The notes under the pieces were generated by a model. It was not told where the DNA came from. It ran no database searches and saw nothing but the letters and a program-made list of their open reading frames with translations. DNA of 64,000 nt from Syntrophaceae bacterium UBA5744 (GTDB taxonomy: Bacteria; Desulfobacterota; Syntrophia; Syntrophales; UBA2192), in NCBI GenBank assembly GCA_002419215.1, contig DIFQ01000001.1:53143-117142 (forward strand), written 5' to 3'. Below, in pieces: positions 18,788-29,140 of the stretch (its first letter is position 1; every line of letters starts with the position of its first letter). Position numbers and translations under genes: made by a program.

Positions 18788-20257
18788 TCAATAGGCGTAG
18801 GGGTTGATCTTCTTCACATGGATTTCGGCAATGAGCTTGGCCAGCCGGGCCACCTCCCGCTCCGTTTCGGGGTATCCGAAGATCTCGGGGTGCGTCTCGA
18901 TATAGCCCGTGTCGAACCGTCCTGCCCGGAAATCAGGCTCGTCGCAGATTGCAAGGTAGAAGGGGATCGTCGTCTTCGGCCCCACGATGTTAAAGCCCAG
19001 CAGGGCCCTCTTGAGCCGGTCGATTGTCTCGTTCCAGTCGTAGCCGCGGCAGGTGAGCTTCACCATGAGCGAGTCGTATTCCGTGGGGATCTTGTAGCCC
19101 TGGTAGACGAGCCCGTCGAGGCGGATGCCCGGTCCGCCGGGGGAGTGGTAGACCTCGACGGTCTTGCCGCCCTCGGGCATGAAGTTGTTTTTGGGGTCCT
19201 CGGCATTGATCCGGACCTGGATGGCCTTGCCCATCATGTGAACGCGTTCGGCCGGGATGTCGATGGCCTCTCCCTGGGCGATCCGGATCTGCTGGCGGAC
19301 GATGTCCACACCCGTGAGTTCCTCCGTCACGGTATGCTCCACCTGGAGGCGCGTGTTCACTTCCATGAACCAGAAGTCGTTCGTCTTCGAGTCGACGAGG
19401 AACTCGACCGTCCCTGCGTTGACGTAGTTCGATCCTTTCGCCGCGGCAATGGCCGCGTCGTACATCCTGTCCAGGACGTCCTTCGGCAGATCCGCCGGGG
19501 CGATCTCGAGAAGCTTCTGGTGCCGGCGCTGGATCGAACAGTCCCGGGTGCCCAGGTGGATGACATTGCCGTGCTCGTCGGCCAGGATCTGGACCTCTAC
19601 GTGCCGGGGCGCCTCGATGCATTTCTCCACGTAGATGCTGTCGTTGTTGAAGGCGGACATCGCCTCGGTGCGGGCGATGGGGAGCTGCATGAGAAGATCC
19701 GAGTCGTTTTCCACCCTCCGGATCCCGCGGCCGCCTCCGCCGAGGGAGGCCTTCAGCATGATGGGGTAGCCTACTTTCTTTCCGAACTCGATAGCCTGCC
19801 GGATACCTGCTTCGCCCGGCTCGAGCGTTGACGTCCCCGGGACGAAGGGGATTTTCGTCTTCTCCATGATCTGCCGGGCCACGACCTTGTTGCCCAGGTC
19901 CCGGATCACTTCGGGCGGGGGGCCGATGAAAGCGATGCCCGCCTTTTCGCAGGCTGCTGAGAAGTCGGGGTTTTCCGCGAGGAAGCCGTAACCGGGGTGG
20001 ATGGCGTCGGCACCGCTTTTCCTGGCCGCCCAGACGTGCTTTTCCACGTCCAGGTAGTCTTTGCGGGGACCGTTGCCGATGAGAATGGCCTCGTCGGCAA
20101 GGCGGATGAAATACGCCTCGCTGTCGGGTTTCTCATAGACGGCCACGGTCTTGAGGCCCATTTCCATGGCCGTGCGGATGATCCGCAATGCGATCTCACC
20201 GCGGTTTGCGATCAGGATCTTGCGGATCCGTCTTTCCCTCGTTTTCCTCGCTGCCAT
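18788..20257 (-). CDS. biotin carboxylase subunit (PycA/AccC-like)
   Basis: KILIANRGEIALR start region and ATP-grasp motifs. Start moved to the ATG at 20257 (MAARKTRERRIRKILIAN), which is preceded by GAAGGAA. A strong promoter at 20327-20355 would place the track ATG (20317) at the transcription start. Confidence 0.85.
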   Translation of the reverse strand: MAARKTRERRIRKILIANRGEIALRIIRTAMEMGLKTVAVYEKPDSEAYFIRLADEAILIGNGPRKDYLDVEKHVWAARKSGADAIHPGYGFLAENPDFSAACEKAGIAFIGPPPEVIRDLGNKVVARQIMEKTKIPFVPGTSTLEPGEAGIRQAIEFGKKVGYPIMLKASLGGGGRGIRRVENDSDLLMQLPIARTEAMSAFNNDSIYVEKCIEAPRHVEVQILADEHGNVIHLGTRDCSIQRRHQKLLEIAPADLPKDVLDRMYDAAIAAAKGSNYVNAGTVEFLVDSKTNDFWFMEVNTRLQVEHTVTEELTGVDIVRQQIRIAQGEAIDIPAERVHMMGKAIQVRINAEDPKNNFMPEGGKTVEVYHSPGGPGIRLDGLVYQGYKIPTEYDSLMVKLTCRGYDWNETIDRLKRALLGFNIVGPKTTIPFYLAICDEPDFRAGRFDTGYIETHPEIFGYPETEREVARLAKLIAEIHVKKINPYAY

Positions 20258-20326
20258 CGGATTCCTTCTTGCGTCAGGAGGGCCGATTTCGGCCCCTGAC
20301 ATGCTGCTTTTTTTCATAAAGGTTTG

Positions 20327-20355
20327 CTTATACGGTCAACCCGGAAGCCTGTCAA
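20327..20355 (-). promoter_or_regulatory. sigma-70-type promoter for the biotin carboxylase operon
   Basis: The minus strand reads TTGACA-N17-TATAAG. Confidence 0.6.
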
Positions 20356-20459
20356 GGGCTTTGTTTCAGGGAATCCATAAATTGTCTTGACTTTAAAAGT
20401 TCCTTTGGGCTAAACGGTGCGGATATTAATTGATACGCGCAGCTCGGAAAGGAGCATCT

Positions 20460-22547
20460 ATGGCAAAGCACGACACGAAAGCCCTGAGAAACATCGCGAT
20501 CGTCGGTCACGGCGGCACCGGGAAGACGTCGATCGCCGAATCCATGCTCTTTGTCTCCGGGAAAACGGACCGACTGGGTCGCCCGGATGACGGCACGTCC
20601 ATCATGGACTGGGAGCCCGAAGAGCAGAAGCGCCGTATCTCCATCAGCGCCGCAGTGGCTTTCGTCGAGTGGGACAAGCACCGGATCAACATCCTCGACA
20701 CGCCGGGCGACGCCAACTTCGCCATGGACACCCAGAGCTGCCTCCGTGTCGCCGACGGGGCCGTCGTGATCGTCGATGCCGTGGGCGGAGTGGAATTCCA
20801 GACGGAAAAAGTCTGGGAGGCCTCAGACGAATACGCCCTGCCGCGCCTGATCTTCGTCAACAAAATGGACCGCGAAAGGGCCAATTTCAGCACCACACTG
20901 GACAGCATCAAAGCGAAGCTGGGCAAGAAGGGAACGCCCCTCTTTATCCCCATCGGCGCCGAGGACAAGCTCAAGGGCATCGTCGATCTCATGCAGATGA
21001 AGGCCCTCTTCTTCGACGACCCCAAGGGCAAGGTGAAGGCCGGCGATATCCCCGCGGAGCTCGCCGACGAGGCCAAGAAGTACCGCGAGGCCATGACCGA
21101 GGACATCGCCGAGTGCGACGAAGCCCTCATGGACAAATACCTCGAAAGCGGCGAGCTCACCCCGGAGGAACTGAAAACGGGGCTGCGCAAGGGTGTCGTC
21201 AGCGGGTCCCTGTTCCCCGTCGTCTGCGGTGTCGCCAACCGCAACATCGGCATTGCCCCGCTCATGGACCTCGTCGTGGCCGCCATGCCCGCTCCGCTGG
21301 ATCGCAGTGAAGCCAGAGGGAAAAACCCCTCGACGGGCGCCGACGAGGTTCGAAGCCCCGACGAGAAGGCCCCCTTCTCCGCTTACGTGTTCAAGACCAT
21401 CTCGGATCCCTTTGCGGGCCGTCTGACCCTTTTCAGGGTCTACTCCGGCACGGCCGGCTCCGACGGAACCTTCTTCAATCCCACCCGCAAGACGACGGAG
21501 CGCTTCGGCAACATCTTCTATCTCGACGGGAAAAGCCAGAAGCCGGCCGAATCGGTCGTTCCCGGAGACATCGCCGCCGTGTCGAAACTGAAGGAGACCT
21601 TCACGGGCGACACGATGACCGATGAGAAGAACCCCATCCAGTACGAGAAGGTCCAGCCGATCCCCGCCATCATCTCATTTGCCGTCCAGCCCAAGTCCAA
21701 GGGCGACGAGGAGAAGATCATGTCGGGGCTCAACCGCCTCGTCGAGGAGGACCCCACGCTCAATTACCGCCGCGACGAGCAGACCCGCGAGATCATTCTC
21801 TCGGGCATGGGCCAGGTCCACATCGAGATCGCCGTCGAAAAGATGAAGCGCAAGTTCGGCGTCGAGGTAACGCTGACGACGCCCAAGGTCCCCTACAAGG
21901 AAACCCTCAAGGGCAAGACGACCGTCCAGGGCCGCTACAAGAAGCAGTCCGGCGGACGCGGACAGTTCGGCGACACGTGGCTCGAGATCGAGCCGCTTCC
22001 CAGGGGCGGCGGGTTCGAGTTCGTCGACAGGATCGTCGGCGGTGCAATCCCCAGGAATTACATCCCCGCCGTCGAGAAGGGTATCGCCGAGGCCATGCTG
22101 GAAGGCGTGCTCGCAGGCTACCCCGTCGTGGACGTGAAGGTTTCTCTCTTTGACGGATCCTTCCACACGGTCGATTCCTCTGAAATGGCCTTCAAGATCG
22201 CCGGCTCCATGGGGTTCAAGAAGGGCGTGGAGCAGTGCAACCCGACGCTGCTCGAGCCCATCGTCAACATCGACATCGAGATCCCCGACGAATACATGGG
22301 CGACGTCATCGGCGATCTCAACTCTCGAAGAGGCCGTGTGATCGGCATGGAACCCAAGGGTCACAACCAGATCATCAAGGGACAGGTGCCGCTGGCCGAA
22401 ATCCTGCGATATGCCCCGGATCTGCGCTCGATCACGAGCGGGCGCGGGACCTTCACCTACAGCCACTCCCACTACGAGGAGGTGCCGCCCATGATCGCCG
22501 AGAAGGTCATCGCCGCCGCCCGGAGAGAAAAGGAAGAGAAGGGTTGA
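20460..22547 (+). CDS. elongation factor G paralog (EF-G2-like GTPase)
   Basis: 695 aa. G1 loop is GHGGTGKTS instead of AHIDAGKTT, as in Thermus-type EF-G2. EF-G domains II-V are present. Start at the ATG after GGAAAGGAG. Confidence 0.85.
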   Translation: MAKHDTKALRNIAIVGHGGTGKTSIAESMLFVSGKTDRLGRPDDGTSIMDWEPEEQKRRISISAAVAFVEWDKHRINILDTPGDANFAMDTQSCLRVADGAVVIVDAVGGVEFQTEKVWEASDEYALPRLIFVNKMDRERANFSTTLDSIKAKLGKKGTPLFIPIGAEDKLKGIVDLMQMKALFFDDPKGKVKAGDIPAELADEAKKYREAMTEDIAECDEALMDKYLESGELTPEELKTGLRKGVVSGSLFPVVCGVANRNIGIAPLMDLVVAAMPAPLDRSEARGKNPSTGADEVRSPDEKAPFSAYVFKTISDPFAGRLTLFRVYSGTAGSDGTFFNPTRKTTERFGNIFYLDGKSQKPAESVVPGDIAAVSKLKETFTGDTMTDEKNPIQYEKVQPIPAIISFAVQPKSKGDEEKIMSGLNRLVEEDPTLNYRRDEQTREIILSGMGQVHIEIAVEKMKRKFGVEVTLTTPKVPYKETLKGKTTVQGRYKKQSGGRGQFGDTWLEIEPLPRGGGFEFVDRIVGGAIPRNYIPAVEKGIAEAMLEGVLAGYPVVDVKVSLFDGSFHTVDSSEMAFKIAGSMGFKKGVEQCNPTLLEPIVNIDIEIPDEYMGDVIGDLNSRRGRVIGMEPKGHNQIIKGQVPLAEILRYAPDLRSITSGRGTFTYSHSHYEEVPPMIAEKVIAAARREKEEKG

Positions 22548-23032
22548 TCAAGGCAGGAGTTCTCACTCTCAGCGACAAGGGGTCCCGCGGCGAACGCGAG
22601 GACCTGAGCGGCCCGGAAGTGATCCGGATCCTGAAGGAAATCGGCATCGAGACCGAACGCTGCGAGATCGTCCCCGACGAGGCGGAGATCATCTCCCGGA
22701 AGCTCATCGAGTTCGTCGACGAGCGCAAACTGGATCTCGTCGTCACGACGGGCGGGACGGGCGTGAGTCCCCGCGATGTGACCCCGGAGGCCACCCTGAA
22801 GGTCGTCGACCGGGAGATCCCCGGCATGGCCGAAGCGATGCGCCGCGAAAGCATGCTGAAGACGCCCCACGCCATGATCTCGCGCGCCGTCGCGGGCATC
22901 CGCAAAACAACCCTCATCGTCAACCTTCCCGGCAGCCCCAGGGGAGTGCGGGAGAATCTCGCCGTGATCCTGCCGGCGTTGAAACACGCCATCGAGAAGA
23001 TCAAGGGGGACCCAGCCGACTGCGGAAGTTAG
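22544..23032 (+). CDS. mogA: molybdenum cofactor biosynthesis protein MogA/MoaB family
   Basis: LTLSDKGSRGERED...VVTTGGTGVSPRDVTPEA...INLPGSP. TTG start overlaps the EF-G2 stop (TTGA). Confidence 0.8.
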   Translation: MIKAGVLTLSDKGSRGEREDLSGPEVIRILKEIGIETERCEIVPDEAEIISRKLIEFVDERKLDLVVTTGGTGVSPRDVTPEATLKVVDREIPGMAEAMRRESMLKTPHAMISRAVAGIRKTTLIVNLPGSPRGVRENLAVILPALKHAIEKIKGDPADCGS

Positions 23033-23110
23033 GAAGATAGGAAGTCAGGAAGCTCGGAAAAAGCGTCTTTGTCCTATCCGATCTTCCGCTCTTCCTCACT
23101 TCCTACCTTC
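23024..23110. repeat. GGAAG-octamer palindromic element B2
   Basis: GGAAGTTA GGAAGATA GGAAGTCA GGAAGCTC ... CCGATCTTCCGCTCTTCCTCACTTCCTACCTTC. Overlaps the mogA stop. Sits between convergent genes. Confidence 0.85.
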
Positions 23111-23128
23111 GTGATCATCCATTCCCCG

Positions 23129-23602
23129 TCATCCGTTACCCTCCCCGCGATACAACACCCTCCGCAGCACGGAGAGGGCACGGGCGCGGTGCGTGCCGGG
23201 CCAGAACACCCCGCCGCATTTCGGGCACACCCGGAATGATTTTTGTGTCCTGAACACATAATCAGGAACGAGCGGACGAACCTTTTCCGGCGTGGCTTCC
23301 ACCAGGAATTCGTTGCAACGCAGGCACACGGAGAATAACTTGTCCGGTTCTGGCCTGAGGCCCAGCTTCCCGAGAACCTCGACGATCTGATCCTCCACCC
23401 GGTCGCTTTCCACGAAAAGAACGATGCCGGGGTGCTGCCGGGCCAGGAGATCCTTGCGTCTCGTCAGGACGGCCCTCCCCTGCCGCTCCGCCATCCGCAG
23501 AAACACGCGGTCGGCTTCCCCTCGCCAGTAGACCGTGTCATAGCCGAGGATCCTCAGCCACGTGGACAGACGTCCCAGGGAGCTGTCGACCAGGAACTTC
23601 AT
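23129..23602 (-). CDS. Mut7-C (DUF82) PIN-like RNase domain protein with C-terminal zinc ribbon
   Basis: MKFLVDSSLGRLSTWLRILGYDT N-terminus. Zinc ribbon CLRCN...CPKCG. Confidence 0.7.
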   Translation of the reverse strand: MKFLVDSSLGRLSTWLRILGYDTVYWRGEADRVFLRMAERQGRAVLTRRKDLLARQHPGIVLFVESDRVEDQIVEVLGKLGLRPEPDKLFSVCLRCNEFLVEATPEKVRPLVPDYVFRTQKSFRVCPKCGGVFWPGTHRARALSVLRRVLYRGEGNG

Positions 23603-23635
23603 CGCAGCCTTTCTTCAGGGGGAAACGGGAGGACT

Positions 23636-23953
23636 CTACATCATCCCCGTCGACTGGGGCGGGGGCGGCTGGTAGGAGGAGCCGCGCATCAGCGTGAGGT
23701 TCTTCTGCTCGAGCTCGTCGATCTTCCGGTAGAGCTTGTTCATCCGGAGTGTCATCCTGAGCTTGTCGATGGCGCCGAGGAGTGCCGCCATGACAAACCC
23801 GATCACGAAGAACGTAAAGACGAGAAAATAGATCGGAATTTCGTCATAGGCGTAGCCGAAGTATCGCAATTTGATCGGATCGCTGTTCTGCACGCCGAAC
23901 GTGACAAAGAAGAAGGCAAAAGCAAGGATGACGATCAAATAGATGAACCTCAT
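23636..23953 (-). CDS. LapA-domain (DUF1049) small membrane protein
   Basis: Two TM helices followed by a coiled-coil (LYRKIDELEQKN). 4-nt overlap with the upstream HIT gene. Confidence 0.55.
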   Translation of the reverse strand: MRFIYLIVILAFAFFFVTFGVQNSDPIKLRYFGYAYDEIPIYFLVFTFFVIGFVMAALLGAIDKLRMTLRMNKLYRKIDELEQKNLTLMRGSSYQPPPPQSTGMM

Positions 23954-24441
23954 GGTCTGACCTCCTCCTCGTATCTCCTGAAATGCGGCAGGAGCAACTC
24001 TTTCGTTTTCATGATGTCTTCGGAGATGATCCTCACCTCCCCGAAGACGGACAGGGAATTCGTGTCACCGACCCAGCGCGGCACGATGTGCATGTGCAGA
24101 TGGTCCTCCACGCCTGCACCGGCGGCCCGTCCCAGATTCATTCCCAGGTTGAAGCCCTGGGGGTCCATGGCTGCCTTGATTACTTTGACACACCGGGCCG
24201 TCAAATCGAACATCTCGCAGTGTTCCTCGAGTCGAAGCTCCTCGATGTTGCGCACGTGCCGGTGGGGCGCAACCATGAGGTGACCCGTGATATAGGGGTA
24301 GCGATTCATGATGATGAAGGCGTGCTTGCCGTCATGGAGCACAAATCCGTTGTCCCGGATGGAGTCCCTGCAGAAAATGCACCCTTCCACCTTCTTCCCC
24401 CTGATGTATTCCATTCGCCATGGCGCGTAAATGCTTTTCAT
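23950..24441 (-). CDS. HIT family nucleotide hydrolase/transferase (Ap4A phosphorylase-like)
   Basis: Histidine triad HLHMHIVPRW and N-terminal APWRMEYI. Confidence 0.8.
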   Translation of the reverse strand: MKSIYAPWRMEYIRGKKVEGCIFCRDSIRDNGFVLHDGKHAFIIMNRYPYITGHLMVAPHRHVRNIEELRLEEHCEMFDLTARCVKVIKAAMDPQGFNLGMNLGRAAGAGVEDHLHMHIVPRWVGDTNSLSVFGEVRIISEDIMKTKELLLPHFRRYEEEVRP

Positions 24442-24464
24442 GACCCTGTACCCGTGCTGCCGAT

Positions 24465-24953
24465 TCAGCCTTCGTCTATTGCGATGATCCGGCCCGTGAT
24501 CGCGTCCTCGCCGACATCCAGGACCCCGACCGTGTTGGATATGGAGTGACGCCTGTCGCAGGCCGTCCCCGGGTTGAAGAAAAGAATCCCCTCCCGGATG
24601 TGATTCGCCGGATAGTGGCTGTGGCCGTAGACGATGCAGTCCACGTCGTCGAATTCACTCCGGATCCGATCCTCCAGGTCCAACGGCGAGCCCCAACCGT
24701 GGATGAGGCCGATCCGGAAACGGCCGACCTGGAGAACGCGTTTGGCAGGGATCTCGTCCTCGATGCGGGATGAGTCCATGTTTCCGCAGACGGCGATGAC
24801 GTCCTTGTCCCCGAAGGCATCCAGGACCCTGAGATCGACGAGGTCGCCCGCATGGAGGATCAGTTCGGCATCGTGGAAGTGCTTTCGGACGATGGCGAGG
24901 AGCCTTTCGTCGGGTTCCCTGAGATGCGTGTCGGAGATAACGCCGATCTTCAA
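24465..24953 (-). CDS. YfcE-type metallophosphoesterase
   Basis: GVISDTHL, GDLVD, GNMD and YGHSH motifs. Start moved to the TTG at 24953 (LKIGVISDTHL), which is preceded by GGGAGGG. Confidence 0.75.
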   Translation of the reverse strand: MKIGVISDTHLREPDERLLAIVRKHFHDAELILHAGDLVDLRVLDAFGDKDVIAVCGNMDSSRIEDEIPAKRVLQVGRFRIGLIHGWGSPLDLEDRIRSEFDDVDCIVYGHSHYPANHIREGILFFNPGTACDRRHSISNTVGVLDVGEDAITGRIIAIDEG

Positions 24954-25046
24954 CCTGATCCCTCCCGGAACGAATGGAATTATATCGCCCATCGGCAAAA
25001 AGACAAGTCTTTTTTGGCATGTGCAAGGACCCGCCGTGCTTTCGGT

Positions 25047-25075
25047 TTGACTTTTCCGCGCCGGGATACTAAGAT
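25047..25075 (+). promoter_or_regulatory. sigma-70-type promoter for the 93-aa ORF and ligA operon
   Basis: TTGACT-N17-TAAGAT, about 20 nt upstream of the ORF start. Confidence 0.55.
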
Positions 25076-25096
25076 TGTCCAGGGCGAAAAGGAAGA

Positions 25097-25378
25097 ATGG
25101 CAATGCTCGAAAACACCCTCGAAAAGATCGCCGAGAAGATCCTGACTCTCGACGAGGCATCGCTTGCCTCCCTCTGGGATCAATACAAGCAGAAGATGGA
25201 AAAGTTCCAGCCCACGAGGGAGTGGGAACGCTCCGTCATCGTCTTCTTCATCATCAATTCCGTCCGAGTCAAGAATCATATCTTCAACGAGCGCATCCTT
25301 CAACATCAACAGCACGGTGAACCGAGGCCGGAAGAGCCGGCGCCGAAGGGGAAGCCGAACCTCAAGCTCGTCAAGTAG
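25097..25378 (+). CDS. hypothetical 93-aa protein, first gene of the ligA operon
   Basis: GC3-rich codon usage and an AAGGAAG ribosome-binding site. Its stop TAG abuts the ligA ATG. A strong promoter lies 20 nt upstream. No family recognised. Confidence 0.5.
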   Translation: MAMLENTLEKIAEKILTLDEASLASLWDQYKQKMEKFQPTREWERSVIVFFIINSVRVKNHIFNERILQHQQHGEPRPEEPAPKGKPNLKLVK

Positions 25379-27406
<2,028 letters not shown>

Positions 27407-27505
27407 GTGTCTCGTGTTATGCGTTATGGCCGTTCGTCTTGAGCCTTTTGCCTTTTGTCGTTCGATTTTCTCCTTTTAACCTTTAACCTTTTTCCTTTTG
27501 CCTGG
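27407..27505 (+). repeat. pyrimidine-rich heptad array C1 (GCCTTTT-type) after ligA
   Basis: About 13 consecutive 7-nt units: TGTTATG CGTTATG ... GCCTTTT GCCTTTT GTCGTTC GATTTTC TCCTTTT AACCTTT AACCTTT TTCCTTT TGCC. Confidence 0.7.
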
Positions 27506-27508
27506 AGA

Positions 27509-27636
27509 TGATTCACCTTCACCCCAACCCCGCCCAGCTATAGGAAGGGGAGCATTCACCCTCACCTCAATCCTCTCCCCTCAAGGGAGAGGATGATCGA
27601 GGAAAGGGTTTTTCACCGGGAGAGGGAGACTGAGGT
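27509..27636. repeat. D-type hairpin element D2 (one full copy flanked by partial copies)
   Basis: Full copy CACCCTCACCTCAATCCTCTCCCCTCAAGGGAGAGGATGATCGAGG, with an 8-bp stem (27572-27579 pairing with 27585-27592). The flanking TTCACCTTCACCCCAACCCCGCCC and GGGAGAGGGAGACTGAGG match the two halves of D1. Confidence 0.7.
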
Positions 27637-27641
27637 ACCCC

Positions 27642-27932
27642 ATGGGCGTTGACAGGAAACGCGTCCACGTCATCATCACCGGCAGGGTCCAGGGGGTGTT
27701 CTTCCGGGCCAAGACCCGTAACGAGGCCATCCGGAACAACGTAACGGGCTGGGTCAAAAACCTCCCCGACGGCCGCGTCGAAGCCGTCCTCGAAGGCAGA
27801 CCGGAAGACGTGGACCGTGTCGTCGGCTGGTGCCGCATCGGTCCGAGCCTGGCCGAGGTGAAAGGCGTCGAATCGGTTGAGGAACCTTACACGGGCGCAT
27901 TTGCGGAATTCGCGATCCGATACGGGCACTGA
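27642..27932 (+). CDS. acyP: acylphosphatase
   Basis: VHVIITGRVQGVFFR and GWVKNLPDGRVE motifs. 96 aa. Confidence 0.85.
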   Translation: MGVDRKRVHVIITGRVQGVFFRAKTRNEAIRNNVTGWVKNLPDGRVEAVLEGRPEDVDRVVGWCRIGPSLAEVKGVESVEEPYTGAFAEFAIRYGH

Positions 27933-28002
27933 GGGACGAGACGGTTTTCGGGCGACGAGTCCGCGAAAGCCGGCAAAATAAAACGATCAGGAGGGGAACA
28001 GG

Positions 28003-28869
28003 ATGAAAAGAACCAGACTTCTTTATGCGGCGTTGTTGAGCGTGCTGCTTGCTTTCGGCCTTTGCCATCATGCCCTGGCGGCCGGTGAGGGAACGAGGCT
28101 TGCCGATTTCTATCTGACGAAGCTGCCGGCACCGGCCCTGACCCCGGCCCCGACGCTGGATCAGGCCATGAAGATCCAGGCCGGGTTCAACAAGGCCATC
28201 ATGCCCGTATTCGGCAAGGTGGTGGGCTACAAGGCCGGGTTGACGAACCCCAGCGTCCAGAAGGTCTTCGGCGTCAACGCACCGGTGCGCGGGACCCTGA
28301 TGGAGAAGATGATCCTCAAATCCGGCACGACGATTGAGGCCGATTTCGGTGCACGCCCCCTCTACGAAGGGGACCTGATCCTTCGCGTGGGAAGCGATGC
28401 CATCAACGGCGCAAAGACACCGATGGAAGCTCTTCAGGGCATTGACGCGGCCATCCCCTTCATCGAACTTCCCGATCTGGTCTATGCCAAAGACGTGAAA
28501 ATCAACGGGGCATTGCTTGCCGCAGTCAACGTGGCCGCCCGGTACGGCATCGTGGGCGAGCCGATCCCCGTTCAGGCCACCCCGGAATGGATGGAACGGC
28601 TGAAGACGTTTAAATGCCAGATCTACAACGACAAGGGGGCCATGCTCATCGAAGCGCCGGGATCGAGCCTCCTGGAACATCCGATGAATGTAGTTCTGTG
28701 GATCAGGGATTCGCTCAAGGCGGACGGCATCGCGCTGAAGAAGGGGGATCTTCTGTCTCTCGGCACGATCACGAAGCTCACCCCCACGGCGCCGAACACG
28801 ACCGTCTTTGCGCGATACGTCGGCCTGGACCCGAAAGGCCATGTCGTCATCTCCGTGACCTTCAAGTAG
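28003..28869 (+). CDS. 2-oxopent-4-enoate hydratase/decarboxylase (MhpD-like) family protein with signal peptide
   Basis: GYKAGLTNPSVQKVFGV...PLYEGDLILRVG...AIPFIELPD...GDLLSLGT resembles the MhpD/XylJ family. The N-terminus MKRTRLLYAALLSVLLAFGLCHHALA looks like a Sec signal. Confidence 0.55.
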   Translation: MKRTRLLYAALLSVLLAFGLCHHALAAGEGTRLADFYLTKLPAPALTPAPTLDQAMKIQAGFNKAIMPVFGKVVGYKAGLTNPSVQKVFGVNAPVRGTLMEKMILKSGTTIEADFGARPLYEGDLILRVGSDAINGAKTPMEALQGIDAAIPFIELPDLVYAKDVKINGALLAAVNVAARYGIVGEPIPVQATPEWMERLKTFKCQIYNDKGAMLIEAPGSSLLEHPMNVVLWIRDSLKADGIALKKGDLLSLGTITKLTPTAPNTTVFARYVGLDPKGHVVISVTFK

Positions 28870-28887
28870 ACCGAACCGCTGTCCCGA

Positions 28888-28927
28888 TCCGCGGCCATGG
28901 CGCCATGATCAGGGCCATGGCCGCGGA
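28888..28927 (+). other. 14-bp GC-rich stem-loop after the hydratase gene (no U-tract)
   Basis: TCCGCGGCCATGGC (28888-28901) pairs with GCCATGGCCGCGGA (28914-28927), with a 12-nt loop. Confidence 0.5.
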
Positions 28928-28986
28928 CAGGGATCATCCGCGGGCGCCCGTGCACCGCGCAGATCCTTTCGTTTCACCATCCCTCC

Positions 28987-29015
28987 TTGACAGAACGGGT
29001 CATCTCTCTTACAGT
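28987..29015 (+). promoter_or_regulatory. sigma-70-type promoter for the PAS-LuxR regulator
   Basis: TTGACA-N17-TACAGT. Confidence 0.55.
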
Positions 29016-29140
29016 ATGCACGTCAACGTTGCGGAACGCAGGATCCGCGACCTCCCCGTGTCCGCTGTATCTTTCCTGCGCACGGCGCGGCAAAGAGGGG
29101 AAGGGCGACATGTTCCCAATACGGCAAAAAGGTCAACCGG

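Noticed and set aside
17027-19831. 934-aa plus-strand ORF
   Set aside because: It is antisense to both carboxylase genes and runs straight through their repeat-filled spacer (for example PSPQPSPAGGEGDEG). It is an artefact of GC-rich sequence.
20258-20459. The strand-switch point (all-minus block to plus block) as a replication origin or terminus
   Set aside because: I saw no DnaA-box-like TTATCCACA words, no dnaA/dnaN nearby, and no AT-rich unwinding element. The region is explained by divergent promoters. GC skew could not be computed here.
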